A stretch of 63,243 nucleotides of DNA, counting the filler, from Calcarisporiella thermophila CBS 279.70 (Eukaryota; Fungi; Calcarisporiellomycota): the NCBI RefSeq assembly GCF_041956535.1. It is 9 parts of 9 records of this genome, joined end to end, with 100 filler letters (N's around TTAATTAATTAA, not from the genome) between each part and the next. Parts side by side here need not be neighbours in the genome. Positions count along the whole stretch, not along the records: positions 47,440 to 53,318 come from NW_027192227.1; positions 53,419 to 56,067 come from NW_027192226.1; positions 56,168 to 60,167 come from NW_027192220.1; positions 60,268 to 63,243 come from NW_027192268.1; 5 more parts are not named here. One strand, written 5' to 3'. Under the pieces are notes generated by a model. It was not told where the DNA came from, did not search any database, and was given only the letters and a program-made list of their open reading frames with translations. Positions 52,077 to 63,243 of this stretch are shown here, piece after piece (positions within the stretch are counted from its first letter, which is position 1; each line of letters starts with the position of its first letter). The position numbers were made by a program, and so were the translations under genes.

Positions 52077-53318
52077 ATGCAAAAATCATTTAAGAAAACT
52101 CCTAAGTTAACTTATTTTCACCTCTATCGATATGCTGGTAAATTTGATGTACTCTTGATTATGTGGGTATTTCGCTAAATATGGTCGATTTTAAGTACCA
52201 ATTATTTATATACTTCTTATAGTCTTGGGGTAATATCTTGTATTACAACAGGCATTTCTAGGGCATTTGCTATTGTATGGCTGTGGAAGGCTGTCGCTAC
52301 TATTAGTTCGATAGGAGACCCCAATTTAGAGAGTCAGGATATGTTTGGAGTTATTATGCCGTTTTTGGGAATTGTTATTTCAGTCATGCTTTCATCCTAT
52401 TTGCAAAATTGTTTTTGGTCTCTTGCTGGTGAGAATCAGACAAAGGTAATCGAATTTTCCATTTATTCTATGACATACTTTTTGAATGCATATTGTGATA
52501 TTCGCATAGCGTATCCGCGAGCTCTACTTCCATTCGATTCTCCACCAAGATCAGAGTTGGTTTGATCTAAACCAGTCGGAGTCTCTCAACACTCGTCTTT
52601 CAGCTGACACTTTGCTAATCCAAGAAGGCCTTTCAGAAAAGGTCGGGTTTCTCCTTAAGGACATATCGTATGCTATAGCTAGTTTTACACTAGCATTTTA
52701 TTATGGATGGAGGCTGTCGATTGTATTGCTTGCGATTGTGCCGATGCTTATATTTTCAGGGTTTGCATTTGCTTACGTATTAAAAGGGCAGATTGAAAAG
52801 GTTCAGAATGCCTATTCGAGTGCCGGAACCTTAGTAGAACAATGTATATCCGGAATTCGCACAATTACCGCCTTTTCCATGCAGCAACATTTTATCGAGC
52901 TCTTCAATTCATATCTCAATGTGGCTTATCGAGCTGGCATCCGGAAAGCTATGAGGGCAGGTGAGACAATTCACTGTTATGCTTTATATAAGTATAATTA
53001 TGTTAAATAATATTTAAATTCAAGGGTTTTTTATGGGGCTGGTGATGTTTATTGATTTTAGTGCCTATAGCTTTGCTTTTTGGTATGGAGCACGCTTAAT
53101 TTCACAGGAAGCAATTACAAGGACTGCAACTTTGCAATCATTTTTTTTAATCGTCGCAGGATCATTTGCAATAGGGTTAGTATTTTATTATATCTATCTC
53201 CTAAAAGTTTCAACACAATAACCACTCAAATATGTTTAGTGAAATAGCACCAAATTATAAGGCACTTGTGGAAGCCCAAGTAGCAGCTTATAAAATATTT
53301 CCAGTCATCGACCGTAAG
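52077..53318 (+). CDS. ABCB/MDR (P-glycoprotein-like) transporter, N-terminal TMD1, truncated by gap
   Basis: LYRYAGKFD, AGENQTK|RIRELYFHSILHQDQSWFD, RLSADTLLIQEGLSEKVG, GWRLS, ISGIRTITAF and AFWYGA. Confidence 0.9.
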
Positions 53319-53418
53319 NNNNNNNNNNNNNNNNNNNNNNNNNNNNNNNNNNNNNNNNNNNNTTAATTAATTAANNNNNNNNNNNNNNNNNNNNNNNNNN
53401 NNNNNNNNNNNNNNNNNN

Positions 53419-55003
53419 CAACACTCCCGAGTTAGCAAACTCAGATATAATGCCGTCTACTTCAACCTCACAGACCATAATTCCAGAAAAGCATAAGCAT
53501 GTGTTAACGGGGGATATCGAGGAAAGTATAACTGAGATTGGCGAGTTGCTCGCAAAAGCTTTCTTTTCTGGAGGTGTGCCGTTCAATTTTATCGAAAATG
53601 ATTATTTTCAACAATTTTTGAGCCGAGTATGCCCTAGCTGCAACGTTATTTCACGCTATCGGCTTGCAAATCCGCTCTTATCCAAGACATTCAAGGAGGT
53701 CAAACAAGGGATTGACCTCAGTATACAAGCTAGCGAAAATCTATGTCTTGTAGCCGATTCATGGACAAATATCAGAGGAGAAAGTGTAATGAATTTTGTA
53801 ATAACCACGCCTAAGCCGTTCTTCTACGATGTTATATTTATAGATACTAATCAGCATACAGGGGAGTACATTGCAAGAGAAATATCAAAAATTATTAGGA
53901 GAATCGGACCTGATAAGGTAAAGGCTGTAGTGACGGATAACGCGGCAAACATGAAAGCAGCATGGAGTATCCTTGAAAAAGAGTTTCACAATCTCGTATG
54001 CTATGGCTGCGCTTCACATGCCACCAACTTACTTCTTAAAGATGTTTTAAATCTCCCATGGGCAGCGAGCCCAATCGGCGAAGTAAAAGCCATTGCGAAA
54101 TGGTTTCGAAAACATCCGAGAGCTTATTCGATACTTAAAAAGGCTCAAAGAGAGAAGCTTGGTTATGAAATTGCTCTTGCCCTTCCAGTCGAGACTCGGT
54201 GGCTCTCTTATTCAAAATGTTTGGAATCGGTTTTGTCCACGCGAGTACCCCTCCAAATAGCTGCTTTGGAGCTAGCATCCTCGGAATTGCGCTGCTTGCT
54301 TCAAGATACTTGGTGGGAAAAGGCGGAAGAATTGAGAGACATTATAAAACCAATTACGGAAGTAATTATTGATCTTGAAAGAGACACTCCCCGCCTCTCG
54401 CTAGTCAATCAACACTACTTTTCGCTAATGAAAATGGCTGTGCAACTACCCGGCAATCAGAACAAAAACTTGATAGAAAAGATTGCTGCTCGCTTCAATT
54501 TTATCAAGAAGCCTGTGATGACGGTGGCACATATACTCGACCCAAAACACTCAGCATTCAGCTATGAAATTGAGTCGCTCCAAGATGTACAACAATTCCT
54601 ATGGGAGAGACATCCACAAGATGAGTTGGGCGATATATATACGGAATTACTACTCTTTAATTCAAAATCACCACCATTTGACTCTCCGGTAATTTGGGAC
54701 GCTGCAAAAAAATTGGATCCCATAGTGTGGTGGAAAAAGCATACATCGCTCTCACCAAGATTAGCAAACCTTGCCATTACTGTACTCTCAATGCCCGCAT
54801 CTGCAGCTGCATCGGAACGAAACTGGTCGAATTTTGGATTTATACATAATGGAATTAGGAATCGTTTGAATGATTCAAAGGCCTTTAAGCTTGTGTATAT
54901 ATACTCCAATTTGCGTCTGCAAAGAAAGATAAGAAACTCTGAATTATGGTTTACTGAAGAGGAGTTGGAGGAGGAGGAGAAAGAGGAAGAGGAAGACTTC
55001 TAG
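53419..55003 (+). mobile_element. hAT-superfamily transposase (DUF659 plus C-terminal dimerisation domain), intact ORF, 5' end in gap
   Basis: DSWT, VVTDNAANM, CASH, TRW, WW and SMPASAAASERNWS...RNRL. Confidence 0.92.
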
Positions 55004-55320
55004 GACGATATACTTTAAGATATATGATACTCAGGGTATACCTTATTGAGAAAGGTAATTGCAACTGAAGAGACACTTAAAATTTCTCAACTTTTCCAAT
55101 CTCTTTCAAAAACATCTTATGATTACTAATGTACAAGATAGCATTTATAATAACTTTATTTCTTGTAGTAATCTCTATCTTTAGTTTTACTTATTATTTA
55201 TTATAATCCCTTAATTGTAGCATATTCAACTAATAACGATGATGCTGCAGTTGTGTCTAGGCTATTTTATTTGATTGTTAATACTACTCGCACACTAGTA
55301 AACCTTCGCGTAAGTTCTTA

Positions 55321-55420
55321 TTTTTGAATTTCGGCAACTTATAATATAAGTTGCCGAAATTCAAAAACTCTCTGCAAGAGTATCCTTAAAAATTTTTTAA
55401 GGATACTCTTGCAGAGAGTT
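55321..55420. repeat. Two abutting perfect palindromes (23-bp and 27-bp arms, 1-nt loops)
   Basis: TTTTTGAATTTCGGCAACTTATA-A-reverse complement, then AACTCTCTGCAAGAGTATCCTTAAAAA-T-reverse complement. Confidence 0.95.
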
Positions 55421-56888
55421 CTGAAACACCGATTCTTCAAAATCTAAATGCAGTATGTCTGATCAAGCTTGGAAACTCCCAGTTTCTAAATCCAGTATGT
55501 CTGCTCAGGCTTGGAATCTCCCAAATGTTCTCTAGACAAGATATAGCAAATATAACTGAATTCTAAGATCTTCTAAGGAGTGAGTTTTCTCGCAAAGAAC
55601 ACAGCCTAATTAATCGTGCGGCTATATACATTGTTTCCTTAAGCGCGGGTTGCAAACGAAAAAAAGGTTCTTCATGGAACTCATTTTAATATATTTATAT
55701 TTACACCATTTTCGTTACTTGACTTTGCGAGTCGTCCTTGCATTATCAAGAGACACCCAAGATTCAGAAACCCTTTCTTGCATATTTGACAGCAAAAGCA
55801 TTTTATTAAAACAGGGGATTTCTATCTTGTATTATAATTATTATTAATATTTAGGGATCGAGCCCTATTTAAAAATCCATGTCCGTATTCTGGCATCATC
55901 ATTCTAGTCTGAAATAACGCTAATAAAAAGTGGGGTTTATTTTCTTTACAACATAAAATGCAGAGGCGAAATAGATAGGTTTAGACTTGAAAGCTAATTT
56001 TAGTAACGGTGAAACTGCTGAACAAAATCTATGTTGATTAAAATGCTGGTGCTGATTTTCCGATGGANNNNNNNNNNNNNNNNNNNNNNNNNNNNNNNNN
56101 NNNNNNNNNNNTTAATTAATTAANNNNNNNNNNNNNNNNNNNNNNNNNNNNNNNNNNNNNNNNNNNNTGTTCATATCTTGTTGGATATTGGTTCCATGAG
56201 CATGAGCTTATATCTGTTGATGGATGTCTATCTCAAGTATTATTTAAAATTAAAACAAAAAATTATAATAATAAAGTTATTGAATAACCAAATTTTTCCA
56301 GATGGCGGATGGATTTTCAACGAAATTGCAAAAGTCATATATACATTTTGTTAAAACTCAGCCTCCTATCTCTCGGAAAATTTTCGTTTAAACTTTTGTG
56401 ATAATTATGAAAGGTTATTGACTTCATGTTATATTATTATAATATAAATCATCATTGGTATACTTCATGGGATAAAAGAACAATAAGAGCAATAAGAAAA
56501 ACACTTTAATTTCATATACCTTCGTGCGGCATACTGTACTTCGTAACCTGTACTGAAATAGAACACCATCAAGATTGGTAGCTTATAATCAGCGATACAA
56601 GTAGCCCCCTGTCAATGGATGAACTTACACGATATCTTTTTACTTGTATTGAAGAAAGTCCTAAATATTCACCGACGTTTATATAGTTCTTTTTATCGGG
56701 AAATACCGGTTTATTGATACATTGCATTCCGGTCTTTTCGATATTGAAAAACGACTCATTAGATAGTAAGATGAATTGGTAGAATTAGGTTAGGCTTCTC
56801 CGGTGAGTTCTGCTTATGAGTGCGAACAAAAATTTACATAGGCAATCACCTTTGTATACGGAAGAGTCTCCCTTCCATTCAGCAAAGT

Positions 56889-57131
56889 TGTTGGAACTGA
56901 TTAAGAGTATATTAATAAAAGGAAAGAAGACAGATAGAAGGGATAACACAAATAACACACACTACTAGAGAATTCAAAAGAGAAAGCACATCCTATATAT
57001 ATGATGGAATAGGAGATGATGACTAATAATGATGATAAGATACTTGCTTATACATATTTTTATAAGTATGAAATAACCGTCGTAACACAACAACTATCCA
57101 GACTTAGATCATGCCTGGTCGTTCTCCAACA
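56889..57131 (-). mobile_element. Solo LTR (TGTTGG...CCAACA family) inserted in the Ulp1-fragment repeat
   Basis: 5-bp TSD AAAGT. The empty site AGCAAAGTGCGC is visible at about 35232. Confidence 0.92.
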
Positions 57132-58300
57132 AAAGTGCGCAAGTCTAATTATAAAAGCATCCACTTCATCGTTAAGCTTTCCATTCGAACGCAGTATCTC
57201 CAGTGAATCTTCAGACGGGATGAAGAGTCTTGCGATACCCCTATTAAAAGGTGCAATTGCGATAAATATCTTTTAGAGTATTTTTATATCGTATTTTTTA
57301 TATAGAGGGCGCTTCGGAATACGAGGGCAGATGTAAGGAAATGAACTTAGCCAAGTTCAATGTCCTTAGAACCTTTGCTTAGCATCGACCTTGATCCATC
57401 GAAGACCAAGCAACACCCATCCGCCAAGAACAATACAAGCATTTACCTGTGAAAACCCACTTTAGCTTAGTTATACTTTTATCCTTTTTACATTATTTAA
57501 GACACACGATCATTCGTCAGAAATAGTTTTAGTAATCACTCAATGTCACTCTTCCCTTAGTTTTCTTTAGTCAAATTCCCTTTTTGTCTTTAGAATAAAC
57601 CTTGTCTTTATTTTTCTTAGCAAACCAAGTGTCCTTCCTTATATTCCTTATAATCAGAGGTGCGTCATACTTGAGGTCTGATAGGGGGGACTATTGTCCC
57701 ATATGACTTGTCGCTCCTCAGACGTGAGGATGGACTCCGGTGCGTATGGTGTTTTGTGCCCAATCGTGTCCGTTATCTCGTCCGCTGGCGTCCACTGATG
57801 TCTCTCGCGGATAGGCACTGGCGAGAGTAGTGCCAAGAGAGATCCTTCAGTGCTCGCGTGCTGATGCGTTTCTTGCGTGCTGATGCATTGCTTGCGTGGA
57901 CGAGGGCTCTATTTCTCAAACGGAGGTATGCCAGCTCAAAAAACGGCCAAGGAATTGCACTTGGAAAACGACAGCTTTATATACTCTTGATTTATTCTCA
58001 GATTTTCTTTTAATTTCTTTAAAATTCTTTAATTTTCTATGCAAAATTCTCTGGAAGTAGCTCATTTGTCCAATAATACGCCTCATTATCGTGAAGCATG
58101 GACTGCTGACGTAGTCCGCATTCTATTCCTTGTTTTATTTATATTTTCTAACAAATTTCGTTGTGCTATTTTTATGTAGGGAGAACTGTCACAATAATAA
58201 AGACAAAATAGGAGAAAATATCAGAAAATAAATAGTTGAGAAATTTAAAGACTGCCAAGAGTAACAAACAAGATAATGATTGAAAAGTAGCTAGGTTAAA

Positions 58301-58754
58301 TTAAAAACCCTGACAAGGTTGGCCAATACATGGTTTTTTGCAATTTTTTTGTTCGCATTGATCTCGACAACATAATAGATCTCCTGGACAATCATAATCA
58401 TTACTGCATTCTCCACCGCCAATTTCCATACACGGAATAGGAAAAGGTTGGAAAATGGGGCAATCTCCTCGTTTTTTATAGTTAGCGGTAGGTGTTTCCG
58501 TTTCACGTGTTTCTTTGAGGCATCTTATTCGCACTCCATCATTATATATATCATTCTAATAAATTAATAGGTATATTTGATTTTGCTATTGAACATGATT
58601 ATATCCAATATAGTCTCACTTTCGCATATCGCTGATGACTGACTGCATGACTGTCGTCTCTGGTAGTGAATTGATATCCTTCAAAATTTTCTATTGCAAA
58701 CACATTGGCCACGAATAGAAAACAGAACGCGGAGAGCTTTCTTGATAGTCTCAT
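58301..58754 (-). CDS. Secreted WAP (four-disulfide core) domain protein, 2 exons
   Basis: Exon 1 MRLSRKLSAFCFLFVANVFA... (signal peptide), then a GTGAGA..TAG intron at about 58556-58619. Exon 2 contains KKRGDCP-x7-C-x7-CSNDYDCPGDLLCC-x3-C-x4-CKKP. Confidence 0.8.
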
Positions 58755-60304
58755 TATGGGTACAATAAAGTGATTGAGAACATAGAGGTTGACGGATTTA
58801 TTTGAATTAAATGCGAGACATAATCAATTTCTGCCAATTAATCACATTTATATAGGATAGAAAACAATGGCAAAGCGTGTCTGAAATCGCAATATGCCCC
58901 CATGCCCCTCATCATTTGCCATTTGGGGCGAATTAAGATCCTAACAACACAATAATGAATATCAAATGTGTGTTACAAGAACAAGTGATTCTTCTACAAA
59001 AGTAAGAGAAAACAGATCTATTTACACAATACAGTATGTGAATTAAGTCGATGGAAGATAGTAACCGTACGAATTTTTCACAAAGATCATAATTCGACTC
59101 ACAATAATTTCTTGGCATCCCCCATTTTAATATTATGGATTAACTCTTCAATAAATTTGCCTTTACAAATATAAATTATTTATTTTGCAATAGTTTGTAA
59201 TATCAGCTCTTATTCCATACACACCAAGTGGTATTATGTTTGTAACTTTTCAAGGGTCAAGGTGTTTTAAAACCGAACTTCATGTATGACATTTTTGCCA
59301 TTTTAATTAGAGGCAGAGCCATACCCTTGTATCTCAACAATAAAAAGCTTCTATGGCCCGGAAGTCTTTACATACTGTTTTTTCTGACAGACTATAACAG
59401 TGTTCGAAAGGGTAGATAAAAGATTATATTAGAAAAAAGTCTTGAGCTTTATTAATAGATTAATAGAGAGAAAGTGTCCGAAAAATTTTTCATTCCAAAA
59501 AATTGGCCATGTATCTTGAAAAAATTTTTCAAAAATTTTTTGGGGGGTGGCTTATTAGTTTCATAAGATTAGAGTAATACGTCATCATGAATATTTCTCA
59601 TATTAGATGGGTTATATTGTGGAGTTACTAGGAGGGCGAAATTGTTTCGAGGACAGACCGATGATAGAGGACAATTGACAGTTGAATTGCCTTGATAGTA
59701 AATGAGTCCCCGTTACATGCTGTTGCTTTTCAATCTGTACAAGATATGTGGAAGTCAAATAGTAATAGCGTAGACAAAATTGAAGCGACGGTGGTCGAGA
59801 TTCTACCGACAGCTTCAACAGAAATGATCTCCAGCGTAATGGATCTGTTTGTAAGATGTTACCTCGAGAGTTACGATCCAGCTTGTACAGTAACTGCTGA
59901 TTGAGGAATCTTTCCAATAATAATCGACTCCTGAAAAAACCATCGGCAATCGTTTTTATTCCAGAACTTTTTGTTGAATTATTTCATTAACACTTTCATC
60001 AAATAGACTGCGGACTTTGTCAGCAGTCCACGCTTCAGGATGATGAGGCCGATTTATTGGATAAAATGAGCTGGTACAAAGAATAAAGAAAAAGTAAACA
60101 AAAAAAAAATTGTACGATAATCTGAACGTGATTTTGCTATAAATACAGTCTGAATCGACCAAGGAGANNNNNNNNNNNNNNNNNNNNNNNNNNNNNNNNN
60201 NNNNNNNNNNNTTAATTAATTAANNNNNNNNNNNNNNNNNNNNNNNNNNNNNNNNNNNNNNNNNNNNACCACCGGCTGCCCCCATCAGCAACTTTGCCCC
60301 TACG

Positions 60305-61138
60305 ATGAATGAACCCCGGGGTAAAGAAGCCGAGGGAAGCTCTCCGGGAGAAAGCGACCACGTCGCCCCTGTAACGAGCGCTACTACCCTCGAAACCGCC
60401 CAACCACGCCCTCCACCTGCTGCGAGAAAGCCCGCATCTTCGCCCAAGATGTCTTATGCCGAGCTTGTAAAAAAGTTCCGGATAAAGGAGGAAGACAGGG
60501 ATAGATTCATTCTCTCTCTGTCAATTCTACGACAGACCAAGCCCCCCAAGGAGTTAAGGTCGACCATGAAAGCTGATCTGCAACATGAGCTGAGGAGGGT
60601 GTATGTCACTGGCCTTCCGTTTATAAGGGTCAAAGAGCTGTACAAACACCTTTTTAATATGCGGATTAGAATGTCCAAGGTGTTTAACGTCGCATACCTT
60701 GGCAGGCATACCGTAGAAATCCTGGTAGCGGCCGACTACCAGAACAACTTGGAGAGAACCCTCTTCACTCTTGGCTTGACGGTAGATCACGAGTATGATC
60801 CTACCAAAACCTTGGACCCAAAGGCGGACGAGGCTATCAAGGCCAAAGTCAAAGCCTCCTTCCTGAAAAGGCTGTGTTCCACAGCCAATAGGGCAAGAAG
60901 GGATCCAGCCAGGAAATTCTTCGCAGACTGGTTCATCCAGGAAGGAGGCAATCCCTCGGATCTCCAAACGAACCCAGATCATTTGAACCCAGATCTCTCT
61001 GCTCCCACCACCACCACCACCATCACCACCACCATCGCCGCCGCCCCAATCCCCAATCAACTCGAGATGACCCCCACACCCGGAGCTCAGCAAGACATAG
61101 ACAAGCGCCCCCAGGAGAACCCCGTGACCCATGAATAA
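60305..61138 (+). CDS. LINE ORF1 (Gag-like)
   Basis: 277-aa ORF immediately upstream of, and overlapping by 8 nt, an EN-RT ORF. GC-rich like ORF2. Confidence 0.8.
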   Translation: MNEPRGKEAEGSSPGESDHVAPVTSATTLETAQPRPPPAARKPASSPKMSYAELVKKFRIKEEDRDRFILSLSILRQTKPPKELRSTMKADLQHELRRVYVTGLPFIRVKELYKHLFNMRIRMSKVFNVAYLGRHTVEILVAADYQNNLERTLFTLGLTVDHEYDPTKTLDPKADEAIKAKVKASFLKRLCSTANRARRDPARKFFADWFIQEGGNPSDLQTNPDHLNPDLSAPTTTTTITTTIAAAPIPNQLEMTPTPGAQQDIDKRPQENPVTHE

Positions 61139-63243
61139 GACGGTCCTTAGAGTTGGTTACCTGAACGTCCATGGACTGGGCCTCGCAGCTTTTGACTACA
61201 TGGCCAACCTGCTTGATCCCTTTCTGGATATCCTCTTCCTAGCAGAAACATGGTATATGAATTATGAAACCTTGCTCAGCCACCCCCACACTCTAGCCCA
61301 TACACCTTACCCCCACCAAAGAGATACATGGGCCGTCGGTCATGTACCCGGCGGAATCATTGCCCTAGTCAACCCCTCCATCCGACGACGAATCACGGGA
61401 GTCCTAAGCTCACCCCACTCGCTGACAGTGAGCATGGGGGAAACAAGCATATGCGCCGTATACTTCCCCCCCTCTCTGCATAAACACGATGCACTCCACC
61501 TTAAAACTTATATCCCCGATATCCCTCTGAGCATGCTCATTGGAGATATCAACACCTACTACGGCGAGCTAACCGGTGATAAGAAAAGCGGCCCTGAAGA
61601 CAGGCAAGCTTTCTTCGCCGGACTCGCCTTCGAGAAAGGCTTGGAATTCCACGTCCCGTCCCAAGGCGCGACCAGAGTGGATCATGTGTTCGCGTTGCCT
61701 GGCCGAGTGCTAGGATATAGAGCGACCGATCCTCCACCTATAGCGGCCACAGATCACATTAGCTTCCTCCACGTAGAACTAGATCTAGATTATTCACCTA
61801 TAAGCGCTCACCCGAACAACCGAACCAAGGCATGCATCCCAAGATACCACCTGAACCTTCTCCAAGATCCCCACACGAGAAACACTTTATCCACCACCTA
61901 CTCGGCAGTGATGCAACACTATACCCCGTTGCAAGATAAGCTACGCCACAGACTCGAAACACATTCCCTCGAAGAGCTGCAGGAGATGGTTGACTTGTTC
62001 GACGATACTCTACTTACAGCGGTCCAGTATGCGGCCGAGGAAACACTCGGCTCCTACCTGCCTACGGTAGCAAGACAGCAGCAGGACCATCTACTCTCCA
62101 AACTATCCACCCCCCTCTCGCTCTCCGAGGCGATGAGAGTTTTCAAACGCGCCCAACGGTCCACCCGGCTAGACAAACATATCAACTCTAGAAACCCCGG
62201 TCGTACAGTTGAAGAGGATGTAAGGGACCATTTCCAACACACCTTCCAGTATTCAAGCTCGCAATCAGACGACGACCCCCCAACACGAATCCCATCCACA
62301 GCCTTACTGGGGGAGGGGAAAGCACTAGCGACCTACTTTACCCCAGTAAACATTCTGGAATTCATCCTCAACTACCCCGCCCATAAATCCCCCGGAGGGG
62401 ACTCCATACACAGAGAGATACTACTAGCGCTACAACCAGCCGGATTCATGGACCACCTATCCCATCTTTTTAGACTGTGTGCCCTCGCTGGCTGCACACC
62501 GAGGCGATGGAACTGCTCCGTCGTCTTCCCAATCCCAAAGTCGGATGACGCTCGAGTCATTTCGGACTTCCGGCCAATTGCTCTCACCGTCATGTTCAGA
62601 AGAATATTTGAGGGTGTCCTTCTCTCTTCTTTGCAGTATGACTGGACCAAGCGATCCCTCTTTCAACACAACTTTGGCCAAGCGGGCTTCCGCTGTGGCT
62701 TCTCCACCCTCACCCATGCCCTGATCTCCCACGAGTGTAACCTACTAGGATTTGGCATCAAAGCATTCATCGACCTCCGCCAAGCATACGACAAGGTGAA
62801 GATCAACAGACTGCTGCGGAAACTCCAGTCAAAAGGTGTATCCCCGGTCCTGGTCAACGTGATAGCCTCGCTCTTCACCAACACCTCCTCCCAACCCGTG
62901 GTGAATGGGGCCCTCCTCGAACCCATACCCCACCACAGGGGATTGTTCCAAGGTTCGCTCCTCTCCCCATGGCTCTTCAATATCTATATTGATGACCTGG
63001 CGGAGCGACTCAATGGAAGAGTCCCATCGCCCACCCCGAGAGCTCTCTTCTTTGCCGACGACATCCAAATTCAAGGGAAAACCCCGAATGAAATCCACGA
63101 GTCCTTGGCCCATTTGGAAACATGGCTCGTGGAGAACGGAATGGAAGTCAACATCAACAAGAGCGGAATCACCGGGGCCAAGCAAGGCACTGTCTTCCAC
63201 CTGGCCAACCAAACAATCCCGCACAACACCCACTACAAGTACC
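61131..63243 (+). mobile_element. LINE ORF2 (APE endonuclease plus reverse transcriptase), apparently open to the window end
   Basis: GYLNVHG, FLAETW, VYFPP, IGDIN and TDH (APE). KSPGGD, FRPIAL, QAGFR, DLRQAYD, GLFQGSLLSP and FFADD (RT). Confidence 0.93.

Noticed and set aside
57332-57652. Possible additional solo LTR (TGTAAGGAA...TTCCTTATA)
   Set aside because: Terminal CA is absent, there is no clean TSD, and only one copy is in the window.
59692-59904. Short ORF remnant, plus degraded GC-richer patches at about 14.7-16.1 kb and 50.4-51.7 kb
   Set aside because: No recognisable motif and interrupted frames, so I cannot support a call.
12834-60267. Recurrent TTAATTAATTAA as a biological repeat
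   Set aside because: Always centred in N runs, so it is an artificial scaffolding linker.

Overview
Eukaryotic, AT-rich, intron-containing DNA that looks fungal. An early-diverging lineage is an inference from the DIRS, Tc1 and LINE types. The window is nine contigs joined by artificial N-TTAATTAATTAA-N linkers, so adjacency across gaps is unproven. Ordinary genes: a FUSC/ArAE-type membrane protein, a secreted alginate-lyase-family enzyme, tRNA-Met(CAT), HMG-CoA reductase, type II pantothenate kinase, a heavily spliced cyanase (missed by the ORF track), two fungal transcription factors (one a pseudogene), pieces of ABCB/MDR transporters and two small secreted Cys-rich proteins (one with a WAP four-disulfide core). 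Mobile DNA is abundant: LINEs, a DIRS-type tyrosine-recombinase retrotransposon, solo LTRs with 5-bp TSDs, Tc1/mariner and hAT. The most unusual locus is the single contig 15914-21472. It holds an intact, intronless VapD/Cas2-like ribonuclease gene and a decayed duplicate, interleaved with four diverged paralogues of an unknown spliced gene ending in a small beta-rich domain. Two of those paralogues have a conserved antisense hydrophobic mini-ORF at their 3' end. This may be a fungal toxin-antidote or defence cluster (hypothesis). All family calls come from motif recognition by eye; no searches were run.
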